In this document: positions 24,101 to 39,100 of the stretch, in pieces
Numbering within the stretch: position 1 is the stretch's first letter
Layout of the letters: every line of letters begins with the position of its first letter
From: Blastocladiella emersonii ATCC 22665
Taxonomy: Eukaryota; Fungi; Blastocladiomycota
Direction: 5' to 3'
NCBI GenBank assembly: GCA_025594325.1
Contig: JANHCV010000013.1
Location: 124,001-188,000, forward strand
Length of the DNA: 64,000 nucleotides
Translations under genes and position numbers: made by a program
Notes under the pieces: generated by a model
The model's database searches: none
Told to the model about the DNA's origin: nothing
What the model saw: only the letters and a program-made list of their open reading frames with translations

Positions 24101-27100
24101 TCGTAACATTGGAGCAACAAAATATCTGACCACGGAAATACAGTAAACAAGCCCCGGAGATAATTGTCATGGTTCTCAAACAAAACCATATTCAGATCTT
24201 TGAATACCCCATGTCCAGGTGGTTGGGGGCCCAGAAATCGTAACATCGAACCAACAAAATATTTGACCATAGAAATATACTAAACCAGCCACGTACGTAA
24301 TTGTCGCGTTACTTAAACAAAACCATACTCAAAACTTTGACTTCCCGCATGTTCACCTAGCCAGGTACCCATAAATCACAGTATCGAGCCAACAAAAGAT
24401 CTGACAATGGAAATATAGTAAACCGGCCGCGGAGAGAATTCTCATGGTACTCAAATGAAACCATACTCAAATCTATGACTTCCCACATGTCCAGCTGGTT
24501 GAGGACCCATAAATCGTAACGTCAAAGCAACAATGTATCTGACCATGGGAATATAGTAAACGAGCCCCGGAGATAATTGTCATGGTACGCAAACAAAACC
24601 ATACTCAAGTCTATGCCTTCCCACATGTCCAGCTGGTTGGGGATCCATAAATCCCAGTATCGAACCAACAAGATATCTGACCATTGGACTATATGTAACC
24701 GATCCCGTAGGTAATTGTCATGATACCCAAACAAAACCATATTCAAATCTTTCACATCCCGCATGTCCAGCTAGCCAGGGACCCATAAATCACAGTATCC
24801 AACCAACAAAGTATCTGACCAAAGAAAGATCATAAACCAGCCACGCAGATAATTGTCATGGTATTCAAACAAAACCATACTCAAATCTTCGAATACCCGA
24901 TGTCCAGGTGGGCAAGGGCCTATACATCACAGTGTTGAACCAACAAAGTATCTGACGATCGGGATGTATCAAACCGGCCATGCTGATAATTGTCATGGTA
25001 CTCAAACATAATCATAGTCGAGTCTTCGAATATCCTCACGTCCACGTGGGCAAGGACCCAAAGCGCCAGGTATCCAAATCTACCCCGTTGTGCACACTCT
25101 CCATTATCCAAGTCTGTCATCCTACAATTTTGGAACCCGTCGGCAAAGCTCACGGTCCAATCAACGAACAACAGCCAACCTGCCAACCTGGCTACCTACC
25201 TGCCTACCTGCCTAGCTGGCTATCTGCCTACCTGCAAACCTGCCAACCTGCCCTACCTGCTAACCAAACACACACACCGCCTCGCAAGTCCTTGTGGGCC
25301 CGCGCTCTCTGGTTGCCGTCCCAGCCAACAAAGGAATGAATGATGAGCCCTGGCAGCCTGGCAGCCTGCCACACTGACAGCCTGGCAGCCTGCCACACTG
25401 ACAGCCTGACAGCGCCCACCCAGTAGTTATTAGCTACCTCGTATGTCATCTGAGAGGGGTTCAGCAGTCAATATACGACTGGTCTCCTCCTGGCTGGCAG
25501 CTCTGCTGTCCACTCCAAGTCCTGCATGATGATGGGCCAAGGAGCGTTACGAGCAGCTCCTCTGTCTATCCGCGTGAAACCACTCACCCGCTGACGGATG
25601 TACACCACGCACCGTGCAGCGCGCACAGCGCACAGCGCCCAACGCACCACGCGCTGCGCACACGGCGCAAACGGCCACCCTGGTGACACGCACACTCGCA
25701 TGAACGGCAGGCATGCAAGGCGTCCTGAACTCAACGATGATATATCGTCTAGGTCTGCTCGCTCCAACGGGTGCGCCTGCCTGCCCTCCCTGTGCCATGG
25801 ATTGATTGATTCATGTCCAGTGCTGCCCCCATGCTTGCTTTCATGGCCGCGGGGTCCGTCAGGACGCCTTGCAATGGGTGCGCCAACCCCTGTTGCCAGC
25901 CATGTGGCAAGAAACACCACAGCACCTGCGTCGCCCTGGCCACCGTACCTTGCAAACAGCGTAGCAGCCGTACTGCTTCAGAGGGCTGCAGAGGGCTGGC
26001 TGCGGAGGGCTGAGGCGGCAGGGCTCCTCCTGCAGGAGACAGTGCTGGGGCCAAGGAGTTAGTGCTAGGGACTACTAACTGAATGGTGAATGACCCACAC
26101 ACCACATGCTCCTGGCAGGAGTGCGTGTGGGCGCGTGGGCCTGTGTCCGTGCGTGCCTGGATTAGTCCTCCATCACAAGTGACCAAGGTGACCAAGGTGA
26201 CCAAGGTGACCAAGGTGACCAAGGTGACATGCAAGCACCAAGTTAGAGCGGCGGGGCAGCCATGGAAAGAAGGGCACAGGTACAAACTACCGTACCCTGG
26301 CCGCGGCCACTAGTCGCAGAACAGCCCTGCATGGCTCAGGACGCGGCGGGCGTTGGAGACAGGGTAGGTAGGTAGGTAGCAGCAGCAGCAGCAAGGAGCA
26401 GGACCTGGCTGGCAAACAACACAAGTGAAGGCGTGCGTGATGGAGTGAGAGAGTGTTGAATGAATGGATGGGTGGATGCGATGCAGACCAGCATACGTGT
26501 CGTGCGTCGTCCGGATTGGTCGGCGACCACCCGCCAATCCTGCGGCATGGCTGTGGGGGCGGCAGTGGTGGTAGTGGAGCTAGAGTGGTGTCGTGGGGCT
26601 GGTGGGGTCCCCTCTCCTTCCTGTCTCGCCTAGGTGGGTGGGCGGACGTAGCGCGCATGCGGGCGGGCAAGGTAGGAACGTTGTTCAAGCAATGGATCAT
26701 GTACTTTATGGCATGTGATCTGCAAGACAGGGAGGGGGAGCGACTGTGTCTAATTTTGACCGAGGGACCTTGCTGCAGCCAACGTCTGGCCCAATCCGAC
26801 CCTCCACAAATCGCAACATGCACGAAACAAATTAGCTGACGTTTGGGATGTACCAAACCAGCCACGTAGATAACTTTCATGGTACTCAAACAAGACCATA
26901 CTCAAATCTTTGACTTCCTGCATGTCCAGCTAGCCAGGCTTCTGTAAATCACATTGATGACGCAACAAAATATCTGGCCATAAGAATATTGTAAACCAGC
27001 CACTCTGGCAATTGTCATGGCACTCAAACAAAACCATATTCAAATCTTCGACTTCCCGCATGCCCATGTGGGCAAGGACCTATAAATCACAGTATCGAAC

Positions 27101-30100
27101 CAACAAAATATCTGACCATAGAAACATAGTATACCAGCCACGAGGACAATTGTCATGGTACTCAAACAAAACCATATTCAAATCTTTGACTATTCACATG
27201 TCTAGCTGGTTGGCGACCCATAAATCGTAACATTGGAGCAACAAAATATCTGACCACGGAAATACAGTAAACAAGCCCCGGAGATAATTGTCATGGTTCT
27301 CAAACAAAACCATATTCAGATCTTTGAATACCCCATGTCCAGGTGGTTGGGGGCCCAGAAATCGTAACATCGAACCAACAAAATATTTGACCATAGAAAT
27401 ATACTAAACCAGCCACGTACGTAATTGTCGCGTTACTTAAACAAAACCATACTCAAAACTTTGACTTCCCGCATGTTCACCTAGCCAGGTACCCATAAAT
27501 CACAGTATCGAGCCAACAAAAGATCTGACAATGGAAATATAGTAAACCGGCCGCGGAGAGAATTCTCATGGTACTCAAATGAAACCATACTCAAATCTAT
27601 GACTTCCCACATGTCCAGCTGGTTGAGGACCCATAAATCGTAACGTCAAAGCAACAATGTATCTGACCATGGGAATATAGTAAACGAGCCCCGGAGATAA
27701 TTGTCATGGTACGCAAACAAAACCATACTCAAGTCTATGCCTTCCCACATGTCCAGCTGGTTGGGGATCCATAAATCCCAGTATCGAACCAACAAGATAT
27801 CTGACCATTGGACTATATGTAACCGATCCCGTAGGTAATTGTCATGATACCCAAACAAAACCATATTCAAATCTTTCACATCCCGCATGTCCAGCTAGCC
27901 AGGGACCCATAAATCACAGTATCCAACCAACAAAGTATCTGACCAAAGAAAGATCATAAACCAGCCACGCAGATAATTGTCATGGTATTCAAACAAAACC
28001 ATACTCAAATCTTCGAATACCCGATGTCCAGGTGGGCAAGGGCCTATACATCACAGTGTTGAACCAACAAAGTATCTGACGATCGGGATGTATCAAACCG
28101 GCCATGCTGATAATCGTCATGGTACTCAAACATAATCATAGTCAAGTCTTCGAATATCCTCACGTCCACGTGGGCAAGGACCCAAAGCGCCAGGTATCCA
28201 AATCTACCCCGTTGTGCACACTCTCCATTATCCAAGTCTGTCATCCTACAATTTTGGAACCCGTCGGCAAAGCTCACGGTCCAATCAACGAACAACAGCC
28301 AACCTGCCAACCTGGCTACCTACCTGCCTACCTGCCTAGCTGGCTATCTGCCTACCTGCAAACCTGCCAACCTGCCCTACCTGCTAACCAAACACACACA
28401 CCGCCTCGCAAGTCCTTGTGGGCCCGCGCTCTCTGGTTGCCGTCCCAGCCAACAAAGGAATGAATGATGAGCCCTGGCAGCCTGGCAGCCTGCCACACTG
28501 ACAGCCTGGCAGCCTGCCACACTGACAGCCTGACAGCGCCCACCCAGTAGTTATTAGCTACCTCGTATGTCATCTGAGAGGGGTTCAGCAGTCAATATAC
28601 GACTGGTCTCCTCCTGGCTGGCAGCTCTGCTGTCCACTCCAAGTCCTGCATGATGATGGGCCAAGGAGCGTTACGAGCAGCTCCTCTGTCTATCCGCGTG
28701 AAACCACTCACCCGCTGACGGATGTACACCACGCACCGTGCAGCGCGCACAGCGCACAGCGCCCAACGCACCACGCGCTGCGCACACGGCGCAAACGGCC
28801 ACCCTGGTGACACGCACACTCGCATGAACGGCAGGCATGCAAGGCGTCCTGAACTCAACGATGATATATCGTCTAGGTCTGCTCGCTCCAACGGGTGCGC
28901 CTGCCTGCCCTCCCTGTGCCATGGATTGATTGATTCATGTCCAGTGCTGCCCCCATGCTTGCTTTCATGGCCGCGGGGTCCGTCAGGACGCCTTGCAATG
29001 GGTGCGCCAACCCCTGTTGCCAGCCATGTGGCAAGAAACACCACAGCACCTGCGTCGCCCTGGCCACCGTACCTTGCAAACAGCGTAGCAGCCGTACTGC
29101 TTCAGAGGGCTGCAGAGGGCTGGCTGCGGAGGGCTGAGGCGGCAGGGCTCCTCCTGCAGGAGACAGTGCTGGGGCCAAGGAGTTAGTGCTAGGGACTACT
29201 AACTGAATGGTGAATGACCCACACACCACATGCTCCTGGCAGGAGTGCGTGTGGGCGCGTGGGCCTGTGTCCGTGCGTGCCTGGATTAGTCCTCCATCAC
29301 AAGTGACCAAGGTGACCAAGGTGACCAAGGTGACCAAGGTGACCAAGGTGACATGCAAGCACCAAGTTAGAGCGGCGGGGCAGCCATGGAAAGAAGGGCA
29401 CAGGTACAAACTACCGTACCCTGGCCGCGGCCACTAGTCGCAGAACAGCCCTGCATGGCTCAGGACGCGGCGGGCGTTGGAGACAGGGTAGGTAGGTAGG
29501 TAGCAGCAGCAGCAGCAAGGAGCAGGACCTGGCTGGCAAACAACACAAGTGAAGGCGTGCGTGATGGAGTGAGAGAGTGTTGAATGAATGGATGGGTGGA
29601 TGCGATGCAGACCAGCATACGTGTCGTGCGTCGTCCGGATTGGTCGGCGACCACCCGCCAATCCTGCGGCATGGCTGTGGGGGCGGCAGTGGTGGTAGTG
29701 GAGCTAGAGTGGTGTCGTGGGGCTGGTGGGGTCCCCTCTCCTTCCTGTCTCGCCTAGGTGGGTGGGCGGACGTAGCGCGCATGCGGGCGGGCAAGGTAGG
29801 AACGTTGTTCAAGCAATGGATCATGTACTTTATGGCATGTGATCTGCAAGACAGGGAGGGGGAGCGACTGTGTCTAATTTTGACCGAGGGACCTTGCTGC
29901 AGCCAACGTCTGGCCCAATCCGACCCTCCACAAATCGCAACATGCACGAAACAAATTAGCTGACGTTTGGGATGTACCAAACCAGCCACGTAGATAACTT
30001 TCATGGTACTCAAACAAGACCATACTCAAATCTTTGACTTCCTGCATGTCCAGCTAGCCAGGCTTCTGTAAATCACATTGATGACGCAACAAAATATCTG

Positions 30101-33100
30101 GCCATAAGAATATTGTAAACCAGCCACTCTGGCAATTGTCATGGCACTCAAACAAAACCATATTCAAATCTTCGACTTCCCGCATGCCCATGTGGGCAAG
30201 GACCTATAAATCACAGTATCGAACCAACAAAATATCTGACCATAGAAACATAGTATACCAGCCACGAGGACAATTGTCATGGTACTCAAACAAAACCATA
30301 TTCAAATCTTTGACTATTCACATGTCTAGCTGGTTGGCGACCCATAAATCGTAACATTGGAGCAACAAAATATCTGACCACGGAAATACAGTAAACAAGC
30401 CCCGGAGATAATTGTCATGGTTCTCAAACAAAACCATATTCAGATCTTTGAATACCCCATGTCCAGGTGGTTGGGGGCCCAGAAATCGTAACATCGAACC
30501 AACAAAATATTTGACCATAGAAATATACTAAACCAGCCACGTACGTAATTGTCGCGTTACTTAAACAAAACCATACTCAAAACTTTGACTTCCCGCATGT
30601 TCACCTAGCCAGGTACCCATAAATCACAGTATCGAGCCAACAAAAGATCTGACAATGGAAATATAGTAAACCGGCCGCGGAGAGAATTCTCATGGTACTC
30701 AAATGAAACCATACTCAAATCTATGACTTCCCACATGTCCAGCTGGTTGAGGACCCATAAATCGTAACGTCAAAGCAACAATGTATCTGACCATGGGAAT
30801 ATAGTAAACGAGCCCCGGAGATAATTGTCATGGTACGCAAACAAAACCATACTCAAGTCTATGCCTTCCCACATGTCCAGCTGGTTGGGGATCCATAAAT
30901 CCCAGTATCGAACCAACAAGATATCTGACCATTGGACTATATGTAACCGATCCCGTAGGTAATTGTCATGATACCCAAACAAAACCATATTCAAATCTTT
31001 CACATCCCGCATGTCCAGCTAGCCAGGGACCCATAAATCACAGTATCCAACCAACAAAGTATCTGACCAAAGAAAGATCATAAACCAGCCACGCAGATAA
31101 TTGTCATGGTATTCAAACAAAACCATACTCAAATCTTCGAATACCCGATGTCCAGGTGGGCAAGGGCCTATACATCACAGTGTTGAACCAACAAAGTATC
31201 TGACGATCGGGATGTATCAAACCGGCCATGCTGATAATTGTCATGGTACTCAAACATAATCATAGTCGAGTCTTCGAATATCCTCACGTCCACGTGGGCA
31301 AGGACCCAAAGCGCCAGGTATCCAAATCTACCCCGTTGTGCACACTCTCCATTATCCAAGTCTGTCATCCTACAATTTTGGAACCCGTCGGCAAAGCTCA
31401 CGGTCCAATCAACGAACAACAGCCAACCTGCCAACCTGGCTACCTACCTGCCTACCTGCCTAGCTGGCTATCTGCCTACCTGCAAACCTGCCAACCTGCC
31501 CTACCTGCTAACCAAACACACACACCGCCTCGCAAGTCCTTGTGGGCCCGCGCTCTCTGGTTGCCGTCCCAGCCAACAAAGGAATGAATGATGAGCCCTG
31601 GCAGCCTGGCAGCCTGCCACACTGACAGCCTGGCAGCCTGCCACACTGACAGCCTGACAGCGCCCACCCAGTAGTTATTAGCTACCTCGTATGTCGTCTG
31701 AGAGGGGTTCAGCAGTCAATATACGACTGGTCTCCTCCTGGCTGGCAGCTCTGCTGTCCACTCCAAGTCCTGCATGATGATGGGCCAAGGAGGGTTACGA
31801 GCAGCTCCTCTGTCTATCCGCGTGAAACCACTCACCCGCTGACGGATGTACACCACGCACCGTGCAGCGCGCACAGCGCACAGCGCCCAACGCACCACGC
31901 GCTGCGCACACGGCGCAAACGGCCACCCTGGTGACACGCACACTCGCATGAACGGCAGGCATGCAAGGCGTCCTGAACTCAACGATGATATATCGTCTAG
32001 GTCTGCTCGCTCCAACGGGTGCGCCTGCCTGCCCTCCCTGTGCCATGGATTGATTGATTCATGTCCAGTGCTGCCCCCATGCTTGCTTTCATGGCCGCGG
32101 GGTCCGTCAGGACGCCTTGCAATGGGTGCGCCAACCCCTGTTGCCAGCCATGTGGCAAGAAACACCACAGCACCTGCGTCGCCCTGGCCACCGTACCTTG
32201 CAAACAGCGTAGCAGCCGTACTGCTTCAGAGGGCTGCAGAGGGCTGGCTGCGGAGGGCTGAGGCGGCAGGGCTCCTCCTGCAGGAGACAGTGCTGGGGCC
32301 AAGGAGTTAGTGCTAGGGACTACTAACTGAATGGTGAATGACCCACACACCACATGCTCCTGGCAGGAGTGCGTGTGGGCGCGTGGGCCTGTGTCCGTGC
32401 GTGCCTGGATTAGTCCTCCATCACAAGTGACCAAGGTGACCAAGGTGACCAAGGTGACCAAGGTGACCAAGGTGACATGCAAGCACCAAGTTAGAGCGGC
32501 GGGGCAGCCATGGAAAGAAGGGCACAGGTACAAACTACCGTACCCTGGCCGCGGCCACTTGTCGCAGAACAGCCCTGCATGGCTCAGGACGCGGCGGGCG
32601 TTGGAGACAGGGTAGGTAGGTAGGTAGCAGCAGCAGCAGCAAGGAGCAGGACCTGGCTGGCAAACAACACAAGTGAAGGCGTGCGTGATGGAGTGAGAGA
32701 GTGTTGAATGAATGGATGGGTGGATGCGATGCAGACCAGCATACGTGTCGTGCGTCGTCCGGATTGGTCGGCGACCACCCGCCAATCCTGCGGCATGGCT
32801 GTGGGGGCGGCAGTGGTGGTAGTGGAGCTAGAGTGGTGTCGTGGGGCTGGTGGGGTCCCCTCTCCTTCCTGTCTCGCCTAGGTGGGTGGGCGGACGTAGC
32901 GCGCATGCGGGCGGGCAAGGTAGGAACGTTGTTCAAGCAATGGATCATGTACTTTATGGCATGTGATCTGCAAGACAGGGAGGGGGAGCGACTGTGTCTA
33001 ATTTTGACCGAGGGACCTTGCTGCAGCCAACGTCTGGCCCAATCCGACCCTCCACAAATCGCAACATGCACGAAACAAATTAGCTGACGTTTGGGATGTA

Positions 33101-36100
33101 CCAAACCAGCCACGTAGATAACTTTCATGGTACTCAAACAAGACCATACTCAAATCTTTGACTTCCTGCATGTCCAGCTAGCCAGGCTTCTGTAAATCAC
33201 ATTGATGACGCAACAAAATATCTGGCCATAAGAATATTGTAAACCAGCCACTCTGGCAATTGTCATGGCACTCAAACAAAACCATATTCAAATCTTCGAC
33301 TTCCCGCATGCCCATGTGGGCAAGGACCTATAAATCACAGTATCGAACCAACAAAATATCTGACCATAGAAACATAGTATACCAGCCACGAGGACAATTG
33401 TCATGGTACTCAAACAAAACCATATTCAAATCTTTGACTATTCACATGTCTAGCTGGTTGGCGACCCATAAATCGTAACATTGGAGCAACAAAATATCTG
33501 ACCACGGAAATACAGTAAACAAGCCCCGGAGATAATTGTCATGGTTCTCAAACAAAACCATATTCAGATCTTTGAATACCCCATGTCCAGGTGGTTGGGG
33601 GCCCAGAAATCGTAACATCGAACCAACAAAATATTTGACCATAGAAATATACTAAACCAGCCACGTACGTAATTGTCGCGTTACTTAAACAAAACCATAC
33701 TCAAAACTTTGACTTCCCGCATGTTCACCTAGCCAGGTACCCATAAATCACAGTATCGAGCCAACAAAAGATCTGACAATGGAAATATAGTAAACCGGCC
33801 GCGGAGAGAATTCTCATGGTACTCAAATGAAACCATACTCAAATCTATGACTTCCCACATGTCCAGCTGGTTGAGGACCCATAAATCGTAACGTCAAAGC
33901 AACAATGTATCTGACCATGGGAATATAGTAAACGAGCCCCGGAGATAATTGTCATGGTACGCAAACAAAACCATACTCAAGTCTATGCCTTCCCACATGT
34001 CCAGCTGGTTGGGGATCCATAAATCCCAGTATCGAACCAACAAGATATCTGACCATTGGACTATATGTAACCGATCCCGTAGGTAATTGTCATGATACCC
34101 AAACAAAACCATATTCAAATCTTTCACATCCCGCATGTCCAGCTAGCCAGGGACCCATAAATCACAGTATCCAACCAACAAAGTATCTGACCAAAGAAAG
34201 ATCATAAACCAGCCACGCAGATAATTGTCATGGTATTCAAACAAAACCATACTCAAATCTTCGAATACCCGATGTCCAGGTGGGCAAGGGCCTATACATC
34301 ACAGTGTTGAACCAACAAAGTATCTGACGATCGGGATGTATCAAACCGGCCATGCTGATAATTGTCATGGTACTCAAACATAATCATAGTCGAGTCTTCG
34401 AATATCCTCACGTCCACGTGGGCAAGGACCCAAAGCGCCAGGTATCCAAATCTACCCCGTTGTGCACACTCTCCATTATCCAAGTCTGTCATCCTACAAT
34501 TTTGGAACCCGTCGGCAAAGCTCACGGTCCAATCAACGAACAACAGCCAACCTGCCAACCTGGCTACCTACCTGCCTACCTGCCTAGCTGGCTATCTGCC
34601 TACCTGCAAACCTGCCAACCTGCCCTACCTGCTAACCAAACACACACACCGCCTCGCAAGTCCTTGTGGGCCCGCGCTCTCTGGTTGCCGTCCCAGCCAA
34701 CAAAGGAATGAATGATGAGCCCTGGCAGCCTGGCAGCCTGCCACACTGACAGCCTGGCAGCCTGCCACACTGACAGCCTGACAGCGCCCACCCAGTAGTT
34801 ATTAGCTACCTCGTATGTCATCTGAGAGGGGTTCAGCAGTCAATATACGACTGGTCTCCTCCTGGCTGGCAGCTCTGCTGTCCACTCCAAGTCCTGCATG
34901 ATGATGGGCCAAGGAGCGTTACGAGCAGCTCCTCTGTCTATCCGCGTGAAACCACTCACCCGCTGACGGATGTACACCACGCACCGTGCAGCGCGCACAG
35001 CGCACAGCGCCCAACGCACCACGCGCTGCGCACACGGCGCAAACGGCCACCCTGGTGACACGCACACTCGCATGAACGGCAGGCATGCAAGGCGTCCTGA
35101 ACTCAACGATGATATATCGTCTAGGTCTGCTCGCTCCAACGGGTGCGCCTGCCTGCCCTCCCTGTGCCATGGATTGATTGATTCATGTCCAGTGCTGCCC
35201 CCATGCTTGCTTTCATGGCCGCGGGGTCCGTCAGGACGCCTTGCAATGGGTGCGCCAACCCCTGTTGCCAGCCATGTGGCAAGAAACACCACAGCACCTG
35301 CGTCGCCCTGGCCACCGTACCTTGCAAACAGCGTAGCAGCCGTACTGCTTCAGAGGGCTGCAGAGGGCTGGCTGCGGAGGGCTGAGGCGGCAGGGCTCCT
35401 CCTGCAGGAGACAGTACTGGGGCCAAGGAGTTAGTGCTAGGGACTACTAACTGAATGGTGAATGACCCACACACCACATGCTCCTGGCAGGAGTGCGTGT
35501 GGGCGCGTGGGCCCGTGTCCGTGCGTGCCTGGATTAGTCCTCCATCACAAGTGACCAAGGTGACCAAGGTGACCAAGGTGACCAAGGTGACCAAGGTGAC
35601 ATGCAAGCACCAAGTTAGAGCGGCGGGGCAGCCATGGAAAGAAGGGCACAGGTACAAACTACCGTACCCTGGCCGCGGCCACTTGTCGCAGAACAGCCCT
35701 GCATGGCTCAGGACGCGGCGGGCGTTGGAGACAGGGTAGGTAGGTAGGTAGCAGCAGCAGCAGCAAGGAGCAGGACCTGGCTGGCAAACAACACAAGTGA
35801 AGGCGTGCGTGATGGAGTGAGAGAGTGTTGAATGAATGGATGGGTGGATGCGATGCAGACCAGCATACGTGTCGTGCGTCGTCCGGATTGGTCGGCGACC
35901 ACCCGCCAATCCTGCGGCATGGCTGTGGGGGCGGCAGTGGTGGTAGTGGAGCTAGAGTGGTGTCGTGGGGCTGGTGGGGTCCCCTCTCCTTCCTGTCTCG
36001 CCTAGGTGGGTGGGCGGACGTAGCGCGCATGCGGGCGGGCAAGGTAGGAACGTTGTTCAAGCAATGGATCATGTACTTTATGGCATGTGATCTGCAAGAC

Positions 36101-39100
36101 AGGGAGGGGGAGCGACTGTGTCTAATTTTGACCGAGGGACCTTGCTGCAGCCAACGTCTGGCCCAATCCGACCCTCCACAAATCGCAACATGCACGAAAC
36201 AAATTAGCTGACGTTTGGGATGTACCAAACCAGCCACGTAGATAACTTTCATGGTACTCAAACAAGACCATACTCAAATCTTTGACTTCCTGCATGTCCA
36301 GCTAGCCAGGCTTCTGTAAATCACATTGATGACGCAACAAAATATCTGGCCATAAGAATATTGTAAACCAGCCACTCTGGCAATTGTCATGGCACTCAAA
36401 CAAAACCATATTCAAATCTTCGACTTCCCGCATGCCCATGTGGGCAAGGACCTATAAATCACAGTATCGAACCAACAAAATATCTGACCATAGAAACATA
36501 GTATACCAGCCACGAGGACAATTGTCATGGTACTCAAACAAAACCATATTCAAATCTTTGACTATTCACATGTCTAGCTGGTTGGCGACCCATAAATCGT
36601 AACATTGGAGCAACAAAATATCTGACCACGGAAATACAGTAAACAAGCCCCGGAGATAATTGTCATGGTTCTCAAACAAAACCATATTCAGATCTTTGAA
36701 TACCCCATGTCCAGGTGGTTGGGGGCCCAGAAATCGTAACATCGAACCAACAAAATATTTGACCATAGAAATATACTAAACCAGCCACGTACGTAATTGT
36801 CGCGTTACTTAAACAAAACCATACTCAAAACTTTGACTTCCCGCATGTTCACCTAGCCAGGTACCCATAAATCACAGTATCGAGCCAACAAAAGATCTGA
36901 CAATGGAAATATAGTAAACCGGCCGCGGAGAGAATTCTCATGGTACTCAAATGAAACCATACTCAAATCTATGACTTCCCACATGTCCAGCTGGTTGAGG
37001 ACCCATAAATCGTAACGTCAAAGCAACAATGTATCTGACCATGGGAATATAGTAAACGAGCCCCGGAGATAATTGTCATGGTACGCAAACAAAACCATAC
37101 TCAAGTCTATGCCTTCCCACATGTCCAGCTGGTTGGGGATCCATAAATCCCAGTATCGAACCAACAAGATATCTGACCATTGGACTATATGTAACCGATC
37201 CCGTAGGTAATTGTCATGATACCCAAACAAAACCATATTCAAATCTTTCACATCCCGCATGTCCAGCTAGCCAGGGACCCATAAATCACAGTATCCAACC
37301 AACAAAGTATCTGACCAAAGAAAGATCATAAACCAGCCACGCAGATAATTGTCATGGTATTCAAACAAAACCATACTCAAATCTTCGAATACCCGATGTC
37401 CAGGTGGGCAAGGGCCTATACATCACAGTGTTGAACCAACAAAGTATCTGACGATCGGGATGTATCAAACCGGCCATGCTGATAATTGTCATGGTACTCA
37501 AACATAATCATAGTCGAGTCTTCGAATATCCTCACGTCCACGTGGGCAAGGACCCAAAGCGCCAGGTATCCAAATCTACCCCGTTGTGCACACTCTCCAT
37601 TATCCAAGTCTGTCATCCTACAATTTTGGAACCCGTCGGCAAAGCTCACGGTCCAATCAACGAACAACAGCCAACCTGCCAACCTGGCTACCTACCTGCC
37701 TACCTGCCTAGCTGGCTATCTGCCTACCTGCAAACCTGCCAACCTGCCCTACCTGCTAACCAAACACACACACCGCCTCGCAAGTCCTTGTGGGCCCGCG
37801 CTCTCTGGTTGCCGTCCCAGCCAACAAAGGAATGAATGATGAGCCCTGGCAGCCTGGCAGCCTGCCACACTGACAGCCTGGCAGCCTGCCACACTGACAG
37901 CCTGACAGCGCCCACCCAGTAGTTATTAGCTACCTCGTATGTCATCTGAGAGGGGTTCAGCAGTCAATATACGACTGGTCTCCTCCTGGCTGGCAGCTCT
38001 GCTGTCCACTCCAAGTCCTGCATGATGATGGGCCAAGGAGCGTTACGAGCAGCTCCTCTGTCTATCCGCGTGAAACCACTCACCCGCTGACGGATGTACA
38101 CCACGCACCGTGCAGCGCGCACAGCGCACAGCGCCCAACGCACCACGCGCTGCGCACACGGCGCAAACGGCCACCCTGGTGACACGCACACTCGCATGAA
38201 CGGCAGGCATGCAAGGCGTCCTGAACTCAACGATGATATATCGTCTAGGTCTGCTCGCTCCAACGGGTGCGCCTGCCTGCCCTCCCTGTGCCATGGATTG
38301 ATTGATTCATGTCCAGTGCTGCCCCCATGCTTGCTTTCATGGCCGCGGGGTCCGTCAGGACGCCTTGCAATGGGTGCGCCAACCCCTGTTGCCAGCCATG
38401 TGGCAAGAAACACCACAGCACCTGCGTCGCCCTGGCCACCGTACCTTGCAAACAGCGTAGCAGCCGTACTGCTTCAGAGGGCTGCAGAGGGCTGGCTGCG
38501 GAGGGCTGAGGCGGCAGGGCTCCTCCTGCAGGAGACAGTACTGGGGCCAAGGAGTTAGTGCTAGGGACTACTAACTGAATGGTGAATGACCCACACACCA
38601 CATGCTCCTGGCAGGAGTGCGTGTGGGCGCGTGGGCCCGTGTCCGTGCGTGCCTGGATTAGTCCTCCATCACAAGTGACCAAGGTGACCAAGGTGACCAA
38701 GGTGACCAAGGTGACCAAGGTGACATGCAAGCACCAAGTTAGAGCGGCGGGGCAGCCATGGAAAGAAGGGCACAGGTACAAACTACCGTACCCTGGCCGC
38801 GGCCACTAGTCGCAGAACAGCCCTGCATGGCTCAGGACGCGGCGGGCGTTGGAGACAGGGTAGGTAGGTAGGTAGCAGCAGCAGCAGCAAGGAGCAGGAC
38901 CTGGCTGGCAAACAACACAAGTGAAGGCGTGCGTGATGGAGTGAGAGAGTGTTGAATGAATGGATGGGTGGATGCGATGCAGACCAGCATACGTGTCGTG
39001 CGTCGTCCGGATTGGTCGGCGACCACCCGCCAATCCTGCGGCATGGCTGTGGGGGCGGCAGTGGTGGTAGTGGAGCTAGAGTGGTGTCGTGGGGCTGGTG

